Below are positions 10,913 to 21,146 of a stretch of DNA of 64,000 nucleotides, in pieces (within the stretch, counting starts at the first letter, position 1; each line of letters starts with the position of its first letter). A program made the position numbers and the translations under genes. The notes below the pieces were generated by a model that worked only from the letters and a program-made list of their open reading frames with translations, ran no database searches and was not told the DNA's origin. Origin of the DNA: an uncultured Thiothrix sp. (GTDB lineage: Bacteria > Pseudomonadota > Gammaproteobacteria > Poriferisulfidales > GCA-002705445); assembly GCA_902559815.1 (NCBI GenBank), contig CACEJE010000001.1, positions 36,465 through 100,464 on the forward strand, read 5' to 3'.

Positions 10913-11827
10913 ATGAAAGAAATAAATGATAAAAATATTCTTTCTGTAAGAGAATTTTTACTGAACTTACAGAATAAAATTATTTTGCTTATTGGCAGGT
11001 ATGATAAAAAAGATTTTATAAGAGATAGATGGGAAAGAGATGAAGGCGGAGGTGGTATTACCTGTGTCCTGCAAAACGGAAAAGACTTTGATAAAGTAGG
11101 AGTAAATTTCTCAGATATTTTAGGTGACTATTTGCCATCAGCTGCAACGAATATTCGACCAGAGTTAAAGGGCAGAAATTATAGAGCTATGGGTGTATCA
11201 GTTGTCTCTCATCCAAAGAACCCTCATGTTCCTACTGCACACCTTAATGTTAGGCTTTTTGTGGCTTTTAAAAATGATTCAACACCAATATGGTGGTTTG
11301 GAGGTGGGTTCGACTTGACCCCATATTATGGTTACAAGGAAGACGCAATTCATTGGCACAAAACAGCTCAAGAAATATGCATGCCTTTTGGAGAAGAAAT
11401 TTATGCAAAATATAAAGAAAATTGTGATGATTATTTTTTTATAAAACATAGAAAGGAGCAAAGAGGAATCGGGGGTATTTTTTTTGATGACTTAAATTCC
11501 TGGAGTTTTGAAAAATGTTTTAAATTTATGAGATCTGTTGGCGAAGGTTTTATAAATGCATACGAGCCAATTATAAAAAAACGTGTCAAAAAAAATTATA
11601 ATAATAAACAAAAAGATTTTCAATTATATAGAAGAGGTAGATATGCCGAATTTAATCTTGTCTATGATCGAGGAACACTATTTGGACTACAATCAAACGG
11701 AAGAACTGAGTCAATATTAATGTCAATGCCGCCTGACGTAAAATGGATTTATAATTACCCTATAGAAAAAAATAGTGAAGAAGAAAAACTGTATAGCGAG
11801 TTTTTAATACCAAAAAAATGGGTTTAA
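10913..11827 (+). CDS. hemF: oxygen-dependent coproporphyrinogen-III oxidase
   Basis: 304 aa. [41 protein letters not shown] and [10 protein letters not shown]. Confidence 0.92.
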   Translation: MKEINDKNILSVREFLLNLQNKIILLIGRYDKKDFIRDRWERDEGGGGITCVLQNGKDFDKVGVNFSDILGDYLPSAATNIRPELKGRNYRAMGVSVVSHPKNPHVPTAHLNVRLFVAFKNDSTPIWWFGGGFDLTPYYGYKEDAIHWHKTAQEICMPFGEEIYAKYKENCDDYFFIKHRKEQRGIGGIFFDDLNSWSFEKCFKFMRSVGEGFINAYEPIIKKRVKKNYNNKQKDFQLYRRGRYAEFNLVYDRGTLFGLQSNGRTESILMSMPPDVKWIYNYPIEKNSEEEKLYSEFLIPKKWV

Positions 11828-11828
11828 T

Positions 11829-12626
11829 TTATTTTGCATTTGGTATAAAAAGTTGTTGCCCCATCTTTTTATATTGCGATATTAATTTCTGACCTTCATT
11901 ACTTGTTAGCCATTTTAAAAAATTATTTGCAAGCTCATGTTTAACATGTGGGTGAATTTTTGGATTTATTAGTATAATGCTATATTGGTTGAATAGATTT
12001 TTATCCCCACTAAATAAAATATCTAAATCCTGTTTATTATTAAAACTTAACCAAGTGCCTCGATCAGCAATTGTATAGGCATCCATGCTCGCTGCCATAT
12101 TTAAAGTAGCTCCCATACCTCTTCCAGAATCAATATAAAACTTTGAGCTAAGTGCCTTTGTATCAATATTCGCATTTTCCCATAATAATAATTCTCTTCG
12201 GTGTGTCCCGCTATTGTCACCTCTAGTAATAAATTTTAATTCTTTTTCTTTAATTGTTTTAAAAACTTCATTTATATTATTTAAACTTTTTAAGTTTGCA
12301 GGATCATTTCTTGGTCCAATTATTATAAAATCGTTATACATCAAGGGTGTGCGTAGAATTCCATATCCATTCTTTATAAATTTATCTTCATCATCTTTTG
12401 AGTGAACTATTAATATATCTCCATCACCATTCATTGCATTTTTAATAGCTTGCCCAGTTCCAACTGCAACTACGCGAATATCAATACCACTTTTTTTTTC
12501 ATATTCAGGCAGTATAAAATCATAAAATCCCGAATCTGCTGTGGAAGTAGTTGATTGAACCACAATAAAATCTGATGCATATGCATAATTATTTAAAATA
12601 AGTAAAATTATAATTTTTTTGAACAT
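11829..12626 (-). CDS. periplasmic tungstate/oxyanion-binding protein, TupA-like (orphan)
   Basis: 265 aa with a signal peptide. The motif STTSTADSG followed by VGTGQAI matches the TupA-type substrate-binding fold from memory. No permease or ATPase gene is adjacent. Confidence 0.55.
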   Translation of the reverse strand: MFKKIIILLILNNYAYASDFIVVQSTTSTADSGFYDFILPEYEKKSGIDIRVVAVGTGQAIKNAMNGDGDILIVHSKDDEDKFIKNGYGILRTPLMYNDFIIIGPRNDPANLKSLNNINEVFKTIKEKELKFITRGDNSGTHRRELLLWENANIDTKALSSKFYIDSGRGMGATLNMAASMDAYTIADRGTWLSFNNKQDLDILFSGDKNLFNQYSIILINPKIHPHVKHELANNFLKWLTSNEGQKLISQYKKMGQQLFIPNAK

Positions 12627-12647
12627 AATAAGCAGGTATGAATAAAT

Positions 12648-13064
12648 TTATTTTATAAAAAAAGTTATTTTTTTGGTTATGAGCGGAATTTTATGTGGAG
12701 TATGACTATAATCTGCAAATAATAGCTGTATTGTATGTTTACCAGGATCTAGTTCTAATAATGTTGATGTTTGAGCTTTACCAAAATGAATAATTTTGTC
12801 AGTCATCGGCAACGGTTTTTTTAAATCAGGTAAATTTTTTAAATTCAAAAGTAAGTGATGATGGCCACTATTTTTTTCATTTATACCAGCTTTGAGCACT
12901 TTCATGTTTTTTACGATAAATTTTAGCTCTATTGGAGACGAGTAGGTTTTACCTTCTTCAACACCTATTAGTTCTATTGAAGGCTTACCTTGATTGCCTG
13001 CAAAAGAAAAACTAGATATAGAAAATATTAAAATAAATAGGGAAAGTTTTTTAAATTCGACCAT
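12648..13064 (-). CDS. secreted DUF4399-like protein
   Basis: 138 aa with a signal peptide. The SGHHHLLL motif is characteristic of DUF4399 as I recall it. Confidence 0.5.
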   Translation of the reverse strand: MVEFKKLSLFILIFSISSFSFAGNQGKPSIELIGVEEGKTYSSPIELKFIVKNMKVLKAGINEKNSGHHHLLLNLKNLPDLKKPLPMTDKIIHFGKAQTSTLLELDPGKHTIQLLFADYSHTPHKIPLITKKITFFIK

Positions 13065-13557
13065 CTTTTTTTTCCATTATTAAAATTAAAGATATTATAG
13101 TTAATATTATAAATAAAATAAATGTGTACATAGGTATAGATAATCCAAATAACTGCCACTTTATATCATTACAAGGAGTTGGGTTATCAAATATATTGAT
13201 AATAGCTTCTAGAATTGGAAGATTAGACAAGTAATAAAAAAAATCACCTCCACATCCAAATCCATCCATCTCTGAGTTAGTTTTGAAGGTTTGTAACCAT
13301 ATGTGTCTGACCGTACTTATTAATCCAATACTGCAAAAGAATAAGCTTAGACTGCAAAGCGTTTTGTGAAATATTCTTTTTTGATTAAATATTGTAATTA
13401 TAAATATAATGCTAATACCAAATAATAAAAATCTATCTAGTACGCACAAAGTACAAGCCGATAACTCTTTATATAAATCAAAGTAAATGTAAGCTATTAG
13501 TAAAGATAATGTGCAGATTATCAGGCCTAAAGTTTCTAATTTGATTAGTTTGAACAT
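13051..13557 (-). CDS. dsbB: disulfide bond formation protein B
   Basis: 168 aa with four TM segments. First-loop CxxC (CTLCVLDR) and a second periplasmic Cys pair. Confidence 0.7.
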   Translation of the reverse strand: MFKLIKLETLGLIICTLSLLIAYIYFDLYKELSACTLCVLDRFLLFGISIIFIITIFNQKRIFHKTLCSLSLFFCSIGLISTVRHIWLQTFKTNSEMDGFGCGGDFFYYLSNLPILEAIINIFDNPTPCNDIKWQLFGLSIPMYTFILFIILTIISLILIMEKKDGRI

Positions 13558-13602
13558 ATGTATATTATATGCTTATTAAGAAATTATTTCAGCATTAACA
13601 CT

Positions 13603-14601
13603 ATGAATAAAAGCTATCCTAGTACAAGAATGAGAAGAAATAGATCTTCAAAATTTATTAGAAATTTAGTGAGAGAAACATCTTTTTCATCAGATGATTT
13701 AATTTACCCAATATTTATATTGCCTGGTAAAAGTAAATCAGAAGATATTATTTCAATGCCTGGCAAGAAAAGATATTCTATTGATAAATATTTACCTATT
13801 CTTGAAAGACTTCATAAAAGCGGATTAAATGCTGTAGCATTATTTCCAGTTATTGAAAAAAGTAAAAAGACAAATGATGCAAAAGAGTCTTTTAATAATA
13901 ATGGCCTTGTCCAGAAATCTGTAAGAATATTAAAAAAGGAATTACCAGATTTAGGAGTAATCACAGATATTGCTCTAGATCCATATACAATAACTGGACA
14001 CGATGGTTTAGTAGATAAAAATGGAAATATTCTAAATGATCAGACTGTTAAAGTTTTATCCAAACAGGCGCTTTCGCACGCAGAAGCCGGTGCTGATATA
14101 GTTGCACCTTCTGACATGATGGATGGGAGAGTTATGTCAATTAGGAATATTTTAGAAAAAAATAAATTTCATAATACAAAAATATTATCCTATGCAGCAA
14201 AATACGCTTCTCATCTTTATGGCCCTTTTAGAAATGCTGTTGACTCATATAATAATCTTCAAGGTTCATCAAAAGAAACTTACCAAATGGATTTTGCAAA
14301 TATTACTGAAGCCTCATTAGAAATAAAATTGGACATAAACGAAGGCGCAGATATGATAATAATTAAGCCTGGTCTACCATATTTAGATATTGTTTCAAGA
14401 ATAAAAGATAAATATTCCGTTCCAGTTTTTTCTTATCACGTGAGCGGGGAATATTCAATGATCAAAGCAGCAGCGAAAAAAAAATATATTGAAGAGAAAG
14501 CAACAGTTCTTGAAGCAATGTACTGCTTTAAAAGAGCAGGCTGCAATGCAGTGTTAACTTATTATACGCCAGAAATTCTAAAATGGCTGGATGATAAATG
14601 A
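13603..14601 (+). CDS. hemB: porphobilinogen synthase (delta-aminolevulinate dehydratase)
   Basis: RMRRNR, LIYPIFI, APSDMMDGR and active-site-Lys context IIIKPG. The internal ATG at 13603 is preferred because HemB homologues start close to the RRxR motif. Confidence 0.9.
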   Translation: MNKSYPSTRMRRNRSSKFIRNLVRETSFSSDDLIYPIFILPGKSKSEDIISMPGKKRYSIDKYLPILERLHKSGLNAVALFPVIEKSKKTNDAKESFNNNGLVQKSVRILKKELPDLGVITDIALDPYTITGHDGLVDKNGNILNDQTVKVLSKQALSHAEAGADIVAPSDMMDGRVMSIRNILEKNKFHNTKILSYAAKYASHLYGPFRNAVDSYNNLQGSSKETYQMDFANITEASLEIKLDINEGADMIIIKPGLPYLDIVSRIKDKYSVPVFSYHVSGEYSMIKAAAKKKYIEEKATVLEAMYCFKRAGCNAVLTYYTPEILKWLDDK

Positions 14602-15416
14602 TGAATAAATATGCTGTTTTTGGTAATCCGATAGAACATAGTTTATCTCCTGTAATCCACGAAAATTTTGCAAAAAGTTTACAAATTCAATTAACATATA
14701 CCGCTATTTTAGGTTCTATTGGGAAATTTGAAAGTGAAGCCAAAAATTTTTTAGCAAATGGCGGAGAAGGTTTTAATGTTACTTTGCCCTTTAAGCAGGA
14801 TGCATTTAAGTTTTCTGATATTAAATCAGATATATCAAATATTACAAAATCAGTAAATACAATTACCTATAAAGATGGAATTATTTATGGTGATAATACG
14901 GATGGCATTGGTTTTATAAAAGATTTCACGCAAAATCTTGGTCAGAATATTAAAAATAAAAAAATATTATTGGTTGGGGCGGGCGGTGCAGCAATGGGAG
15001 TAATTCCAAATATACTAATGGAATTACCAAAAGAATTAAAAATTTATAATAGGACAGAATTAAAAGCTCAAAACTTAGCTAATCAATTTAAAGCACTAGG
15101 ACCTATTGATATTCTAGATCAAAATAATATCAATAAAGTCAATTTTGATTTGATAATTAATGCTACTTCAATTGGTATTAATAATTTAAAGTTTTCATTA
15201 CCCTCTAATACATTTAATAAAAATACTATTTGTTATGATATGTCATATGGAAATGCCTCAAGAAGTTTTATGATTTGGGCAGAATATAATAATTTAAAAT
15301 TTTATGATGGTTTAGGTATGCTTATAGAGCAAGCAGCCGAATCTTTTTTTATTTGGCAAAATAAGAAACCAAATATTACTGAAGAACTAAAAAACTTGTT
15401 GCGGAAAAAATTATGA
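14598..15416 (+). CDS. aroE: shikimate dehydrogenase
   Basis: 272 aa. FGNPIEHSLSP, NVTLPFK, NTDGIGF and GAGGAA. Confidence 0.88.
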   Translation: MMNKYAVFGNPIEHSLSPVIHENFAKSLQIQLTYTAILGSIGKFESEAKNFLANGGEGFNVTLPFKQDAFKFSDIKSDISNITKSVNTITYKDGIIYGDNTDGIGFIKDFTQNLGQNIKNKKILLVGAGGAAMGVIPNILMELPKELKIYNRTELKAQNLANQFKALGPIDILDQNNINKVNFDLIINATSIGINNLKFSLPSNTFNKNTICYDMSYGNASRSFMIWAEYNNLKFYDGLGMLIEQAAESFFIWQNKKPNITEELKNLLRKKL

Positions 15417-16049
15417 ACTATATTGATTTTTATATTGCACTATATCTTCTTTATAAATTTTAAAATCTTCTGTTTTATCCACGTAATTAATAATATCTGA
15501 AATATTTATTAAACTATAAACTTCTATATTATATTTATTTTTAATCTCTTTTGATGCATGAATATCTTCACTTCCTTTTTCTTGTCTATCAAGTAAAACC
15601 AAAAGACTATTTGTATTTATATTATATTTTTCAAGTTTTTCTAGAGTACTTTTTATTGCTGTTCCTGCTGTTATTACATCGTCGACTATTAGAGTATTTC
15701 CATCCTGAAACTTTCCTACAATATCTCCTTTTTCACCGTGTTTTTTTTGATCTTTTCTATCATAAATAAAATTTGTTTCATACCCCTCGTATGATGATAA
15801 AAATGTTGATAATGCAGAAGCTAAAGGAATCCCCTTGTAAGCAGGCCCAAAAATATTTGTAAATTTAAGTTGTTTATCATTAATTAATTGAAGAAATAAA
15901 TTGCATATTATTGATAAGGACTTACCATCTGAAAAAACTCCACTATTAAAGAAATAAGGGCTAATTCTTTCAGATTTAAGCTTGAAACTGCCAAATTGAA
16001 GCGCTTTTTTTTTAATAGCAAGTTCAATAAATGTTTTTTTATAATCCAT
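15411..16049 (-). CDS. pyrE: orotate phosphoribosyltransferase
   Basis: 212 aa. FGSFKLKSERISPYFFN and PRPP-binding loop LIVDDVITAGTA. Confidence 0.88.
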   Translation of the reverse strand: MDYKKTFIELAIKKKALQFGSFKLKSERISPYFFNSGVFSDGKSLSIICNLFLQLINDKQLKFTNIFGPAYKGIPLASALSTFLSSYEGYETNFIYDRKDQKKHGEKGDIVGKFQDGNTLIVDDVITAGTAIKSTLEKLEKYNINTNSLLVLLDRQEKGSEDIHASKEIKNKYNIEVYSLINISDIINYVDKTEDFKIYKEDIVQYKNQYSS

Positions 16050-16108
16050 TGTTTTTTATCGAAGTTATAATAGACTTACTATATTATATATTAATTAAAA
16101 CAATATTT

Positions 16109-16876
16109 ATGAAAATAGTTTCTTGTAATGTTAATGGTATTCGTAGTGCATATAATAAAGGCTTTTTTGATTGGTTTAAAAAACAGAAGGCTGATATTTT
16201 GTGTTTACAAGAGCTGAAAGCTCATGAAAATCAAATAGATATTAATCTAATGTTAGGAAAAAATACATATTCTTATTTTAAATGTGCTGAAAAAAAAGGG
16301 TATAGTGGAGTTTCAATACATTCAAAACTTAAGCCTGATAGCATAGTTTATGATTATGGAGACAAAGAGTTTGATACAGAGGGAAGATATATTGAGGCAA
16401 AGTTTGGAAATTTATCTGTAATTTCTCTATACGCTCCCTCTGGATCATCTGGAGAAATTAGACAAGAAGCTAAATTTAGATTCCTAAAGTCTTTTAAAAA
16501 ACATTTAATGAAAAATTTAAAATCAAAAAGAAAATATATTATATGCGGAGATTGGAATATTGCGCATAAAGAAATTGATCTTAAAAACTGGAAGGGAAAT
16601 AAAAAAAATTCAGGTTTTCTGCCAGAGGAGAGAGCTTGGCTTGATGATTTATTTATTAATGAAAAATATATAGATGCGTTTAGGATTCTCAATAAAAAAA
16701 AAGATGAGTATACTTGGTGGTCTAATCGCGGCAAAGCAAGAGAAAACAATGTTGGTTGGAGAATAGATTATCAGATAGTTTCTGGTAATTTAAAAAATAC
16801 AATTAAAAGCCAGAAAATATACAGAGATAAATTTTTCTCAGATCACGCTCCTTTAATAATGACATACAAAATGTAA
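16109..16876 (+). CDS. xthA: exodeoxyribonuclease III
   Basis: MKIVSCNVNGIRSA, LCLQELK, GDWNIAH, WRIDY and SDHAP. The internal ATG at 16109 is preferred; the upstream extension is hydrophobic junk overlapping the pyrE start. Confidence 0.88.
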   Translation: MKIVSCNVNGIRSAYNKGFFDWFKKQKADILCLQELKAHENQIDINLMLGKNTYSYFKCAEKKGYSGVSIHSKLKPDSIVYDYGDKEFDTEGRYIEAKFGNLSVISLYAPSGSSGEIRQEAKFRFLKSFKKHLMKNLKSKRKYIICGDWNIAHKEIDLKNWKGNKKNSGFLPEERAWLDDLFINEKYIDAFRILNKKKDEYTWWSNRGKARENNVGWRIDYQIVSGNLKNTIKSQKIYRDKFFSDHAPLIMTYKM

Positions 16877-18153
16877 TGGAAAATTTATCAAATAAAAAAT
16901 ACTGGAAAAATACTTTACAAGAATTATTAAGTAAAAAAGTTTTAATTTTGTTCTTCTTAGGGTTTTCTGCTGGGTTACCTTTCTTATTAGTTTTTTCGAC
17001 ATTACAAGCTTGGTTAAAAGAGGTAAACATTGAAAATGTCACTATTGGTTTTATAAGTTGGGTTGCTATTACTTATACTTTAAAATTTTCTTGGGCACCA
17101 TTCTTAGACCGTTTTAATCTTCCTGTTCTTAATATTTTTTTTGGAAGAAGAAGAAGCTGGTTAATTTTTTCTCAATTGATGACTGGTCTTTCTATTTTCA
17201 TACTTGCAAATATTTCTCCAAATTCTGAAAATTTAATAATGTTTTCTTTTTTTGCTTTTTTGGTCGCATTTTTTTCAGCTACACAAGATGTTGCTTTAGA
17301 TGCTTATAGAATTGAAGTTGCAAAAATTGAGGAACAGGGCATTTTGGGTGCTTCGTACCAGCTTGGCTATAGAATTGCTTTAATTACTTCTGGAGCTTTA
17401 GCTTTAGTAATTGCTGATAATTACTCTTTCGAGATTTCATATAAAATTATGGCTGGATTAATGCTGGTTGGTGTTATTTCAACATTATTTGCTCAAGAGC
17501 CTAGCGATTTTATAGAAAGACCACAGATGAAAGGTAATCTAATTTTTTCTCTATATATTGAGCCTTTAAAAGACCTTTTATCAAGACATAAAAATGCAGC
17601 TTTAATAATAATGTTGATTCTTTTTTATAGAGCCAGCGATCTATCCATGGCTCCAATGGCTATGCCTTTTTATAAAGATATTGGGTTTACATTGACAGAA
17701 ATAGCCTATGTTGCAAAAACTTTTGGAGTTTTTATGTCTATTTTGGGTGTAATAGTTGGGGGAATACTTTGGAAAAAATTAGGGGGCATAAGGACACTTT
17801 TTTTTGGATCTATAATGATCTCTTCGACAACTTTGATGTTTTTCCTAATGTCAATATTAGAAAAAAATATGGAACTATTTATTGCAACAATAGCTTTAGA
17901 TAATTTTACTTCTGGATTTGCAGGAACATTAATGATCGCGTATTTATCATCTCTCACAAATAAATCATATGCTGGACTTCAGTATGCTGCTTTATTTGGA
18001 TTGTTAATGATTCCTGGAAAGTTTTTAGCTGGGTTTTCTGGTTTATTTGAAGAGGCATTTGGTTATTCTGGATTATTTTTGGCTTCAGCTGCAATTGGAA
18101 TTCCAGCAATACTAATTTCATACTATTTTTATAAAAATAATATTAAGGTTTAA
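16876..18153 (+). CDS. ampG: AmpG-family muropeptide MFS permease
   Basis: 425 aa with about 12 TM segments. The N-terminal FLGFSAGLPFLLVFSTLQAWL and GRRRSW are AmpG signatures. Confidence 0.75.
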   Translation: MENLSNKKYWKNTLQELLSKKVLILFFLGFSAGLPFLLVFSTLQAWLKEVNIENVTIGFISWVAITYTLKFSWAPFLDRFNLPVLNIFFGRRRSWLIFSQLMTGLSIFILANISPNSENLIMFSFFAFLVAFFSATQDVALDAYRIEVAKIEEQGILGASYQLGYRIALITSGALALVIADNYSFEISYKIMAGLMLVGVISTLFAQEPSDFIERPQMKGNLIFSLYIEPLKDLLSRHKNAALIIMLILFYRASDLSMAPMAMPFYKDIGFTLTEIAYVAKTFGVFMSILGVIVGGILWKKLGGIRTLFFGSIMISSTTLMFFLMSILEKNMELFIATIALDNFTSGFAGTLMIAYLSSLTNKSYAGLQYAALFGLLMIPGKFLAGFSGLFEEAFGYSGLFLASAAIGIPAILISYYFYKNNIKV

Positions 18154-18625
18154 TTAAGATTTGAGTTCCTTCGTGCGTCATACTCCATAATTCTTTCATA
18201 TCTTCATTATCAAGTGCTATGCAACCATCGGTCCAATCAGAATTATCATATAAATATTGTGATAACAAAGATATTTCAGGAAGCCCGTGAATAGCAATAT
18301 GATTGCCTGGGTCTAAATTCTTTTTTTCAGCAATTTTTTTGTCATGAAAATTTGGGTATGATGTATGAAGTGATAAGTAAAATTTACTTTTAGCATTTTT
18401 ACCATCAATATAATAATACCCCTCTGGAGTTTTTTTATCTCCTTGCATTTTTTTGTGGCCAATAGGATTTTTTCCAAGGAATATTTTATATTTTTTTCGT
18501 ATTTTATCATCTTTGACAGCATATAAAATTCTTTCTGACTTCTTAACAACAATTATATCAATATACTCTTGAGCATAAGAAAATGTGCAAAAAAATATTG
18601 ATATTATAAAGATGGGTACTCTCAT
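18143..18625 (-). CDS. L,D-transpeptidase (YkuD) domain protein
   Basis: 160 aa with a signal peptide. Catalytic HG...GCIAL motif (IAIHGLP...TDGCIAL). Confidence 0.65.
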   Translation of the reverse strand: MRVPIFIISIFFCTFSYAQEYIDIIVVKKSERILYAVKDDKIRKKYKIFLGKNPIGHKKMQGDKKTPEGYYYIDGKNAKSKFYLSLHTSYPNFHDKKIAEKKNLDPGNHIAIHGLPEISLLSQYLYDNSDWTDGCIALDNEDMKELWSMTHEGTQILIKP

Positions 18626-19440
18626 TTTGAAATAGCAAATAACAGTTCAGGATTAACTTTTACATTATTTATATATATATTAAGATGTAGATGAGGACCA
18701 GTTGCTCTACCAGTCATTCCAATTGTTCCAATCTTTTGTCCTTGCATAACTATATCACCTTCCTTTACATCAATATCTTCCATATGAATATACATAGATT
18801 TAATACCATAACCATGACCAATGATAACAATATTGCCAGTATAATATAATCCTTTTTCTGCAAGCAAAACTAAACCTCCAGCTATGGATTTTATTTCTGT
18901 ACCTTGGGGCGCAGCAATATCTAATCCTCCGTGAGGATTTTTTTTAATACCATTTAAAATTCTTTGACTGCCATAAACACCAGAAAATCTTCCTATAGCA
19001 GGCATAATAAAAGTGTGCGGAAAGTCATTAGTATTGTATCTTTTTTTCATTCCCTTTTTAATCAATGCTCTATCTTCTTTAATTTTTTTATAAAACTCTG
19101 GTCCGGGTGTTACCATTTTAGGCGCTAGGCCATCAATTCTTTCTATTTTATAATTACTTTTTTCTATATCTAAATTATAAAGTAATTTATTATTATTTTT
19201 TTTTTGGATAATTTTTAATTCTGATTTTATTTTATGATCTCTTCCAAATCCAAAGATGAAATAACCCTCATTACTTAAAGCTATCTCTTTATCATCTAAA
19301 AAAATTTTCTTAGCTGTTATATTTTTGCCAACAACAACTCCGCCTTGAACAAACTTTCCTATAAAAGTTGTATTTTCTGCAAAAACTGTAAATGTAAATG
19401 TGGAAAAAAAGATTAAGGAGACTGTAGCTTTAAATAACAT
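18622..19440 (-). CDS. M23 family metallopeptidase
   Basis: 272 aa with a signal peptide. HGGLDIAAP and GPHLHLNIY (HxxxD / HxH LytM motifs). Confidence 0.78.
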   Translation of the reverse strand: MLFKATVSLIFFSTFTFTVFAENTTFIGKFVQGGVVVGKNITAKKIFLDDKEIALSNEGYFIFGFGRDHKIKSELKIIQKKNNNKLLYNLDIEKSNYKIERIDGLAPKMVTPGPEFYKKIKEDRALIKKGMKKRYNTNDFPHTFIMPAIGRFSGVYGSQRILNGIKKNPHGGLDIAAPQGTEIKSIAGGLVLLAEKGLYYTGNIVIIGHGYGIKSMYIHMEDIDVKEGDIVMQGQKIGTIGMTGRATGPHLHLNIYINNVKVNPELLFAISK

Positions 19441-19967
19441 TAAATACTATTTTTTAGTTCTTCAATTATTTCTTTCGCATGACTGCTTGGATTTACTTTT
19501 TTGTAAATCTTATGAATTTTACCATTTGGATTTATAATAAAAGTGTGCCTACTTGCATACTTAAATCCTATAAAAGATCCATAACTATCATATTTTTTAG
19601 CGACCTCTCCATTTGTATCTGCGAGAAGTGGAAAAGGTAAAGAATACTTTTCAGCAAAATCTTTATGACTTTCTTTTGTATCAACACTCACTCCCAGAAT
19701 GCTAACATTTAACTTGTTCATAATTTCAAAATTATCTCTAAATGAACAAGCTTCAGTAGTACATCCAGGAGTATCATCTTTTGGATAGAAGTATAGAACC
19801 AACCATTGGTCTTGGTAGTCACTTAACGACCTTGAAATATTATCTTGATCAGATAGTTGAAAATCCGGCGCATTCATACCTACAGTCAATTTATCCTCCG
19901 CATTTATATTGAAAACCATAACCAAAAATATTAAGGTGATATATATTACTTTATTTATTAAAAACAT
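19440..19967 (-). CDS. bcp: secreted Bcp-type peroxiredoxin
   Basis: 175 aa with a signal peptide. FYPKDDTPGCTTEAC peroxidatic Cys context. Confidence 0.8.
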   Translation of the reverse strand: MFLINKVIYITLIFLVMVFNINAEDKLTVGMNAPDFQLSDQDNISRSLSDYQDQWLVLYFYPKDDTPGCTTEACSFRDNFEIMNKLNVSILGVSVDTKESHKDFAEKYSLPFPLLADTNGEVAKKYDSYGSFIGFKYASRHTFIINPNGKIHKIYKKVNPSSHAKEIIEELKNSI

Positions 19968-19972
19968 ACCTT

Positions 19973-20470
19973 ATGTTAACAAAAAACAAAACCATATTTC
20001 TAGTTATTTTATTTTGTCTAATAAATGCATATTGCTCCTATGCAGAATCAAATATCATTGTTGGCAAGGTAATCAAAGTAATTGATGGGGATACCATTTA
20101 TATAAAGCATAAAGATTTTGGTAAAATGAAAGTCAGGTTAGCAGATATAGATGCCCCCGAACTTGATCAACCTTATGGGAAAGAATCAAAACAACTACTA
20201 AAAGAAATTATCGATAAAAAAACTATTAAGTTAAAAAAAATTGCTAAAGATAAATATGATAGAATTATTGGAGTTATTTATTACAATAACCTAGAAATTA
20301 ATCATTATCTTGTAATCAATGGGCTTGCTTGGTGCTACGACTATTATAATCAACGCATAGAAATTAAAGATGCCGAAAATGAAGCAAAACAAAAAAAAAT
20401 TGCTATTTGGTCATCCTCTAAAAGCCCAATAGCGCCCTGGCAATGGAGGAAAGGCATAAGAAATGAATAA
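19973..20470 (+). CDS. thermonuclease (SNase-like) family protein
   Basis: 165 aa with a signal peptide. VIDGDTI...VRLADIDAPE...DRYGR-like (DKYDRIIG) staphylococcal-nuclease motifs. Confidence 0.7.
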   Translation: MLTKNKTIFLVILFCLINAYCSYAESNIIVGKVIKVIDGDTIYIKHKDFGKMKVRLADIDAPELDQPYGKESKQLLKEIIDKKTIKLKKIAKDKYDRIIGVIYYNNLEINHYLVINGLAWCYDYYNQRIEIKDAENEAKQKKIAIWSSSKSPIAPWQWRKGIRNE

Positions 20471-21143
20471 TACTGAAAAAATATATAGTTTTCTGATGAT
20501 GATTTTTATTTCTATGATTGTTTTAACTAATATTATTGGAGTAAAAATTTTTGAGTTTTCTCCTTTTTTTTTAGATAAGAATATTACTCTCACAACTGGA
20601 ATTATTACTTATCCTTTAACTTTTTTAATTACTGATATTGTTTGCGAAGTCTTTGGGAAAAAAAGAGCAAGTCAAATGGTTTTATATGGATTTATAGCAA
20701 GCATATTATCACTTCTATTCATTAATATAGCAGTGGTATTACCGGGCTCAAATGCTTGGATCAATTATTCTCTAGGTTATAGCTCTGTAGATCAAATGCA
20801 AAACGCATATCGATCAGTTTTCTCTTTACCTGGTTTTTTAATATCAGCATCAATGCTTGCATATTTAGTTGCTCAATTGATCGATGTAAAAATATTTCAC
20901 TATTTGAAAACATTGACTAACAGCAGAAAACTATGGATTAGAAATAATGTTTCAACAGCATTTTCTCAATTAATTGACACTATTATTGTAAATTTTATTT
21001 TTTTATATTTTGGTTTGAATTTAGAGATTGAAATAATTTTAAATATTATTATAGCGAGCTATATTTTTAAATTACTTATCGCGCTAATTGATACTCCTCT
21101 TGTATACTTGGGTGTTTATTATGCAAATAAATCTATAAAATAA
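20463..21143 (+). CDS. queuosine precursor transporter (YhhQ/DUF165 family)
   Basis: 226 aa polytopic membrane protein. ITYPLTFLITDIVCEVFGKKRA and SQLIDT are typical of YhhQ. Confidence 0.68.
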   Translation: MNNTEKIYSFLMMIFISMIVLTNIIGVKIFEFSPFFLDKNITLTTGIITYPLTFLITDIVCEVFGKKRASQMVLYGFIASILSLLFINIAVVLPGSNAWINYSLGYSSVDQMQNAYRSVFSLPGFLISASMLAYLVAQLIDVKIFHYLKTLTNSRKLWIRNNVSTAFSQLIDTIIVNFIFLYFGLNLEIEIILNIIIASYIFKLLIALIDTPLVYLGVYYANKSIK

Positions 21144-21146
21144 TTT

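Noticed and set aside
13558-13602. Upstream extensions of hemB (13558), xthA (16031-16108), topA (7883), mrcA (41898) and the 54359 nuclease candidate (54971-55021).
   Set aside because: Homologue N-termini and gene-junction logic favour the internal ATGs. The extensions overlap neighbouring genes or encode nonsense hydrophobic peptides.
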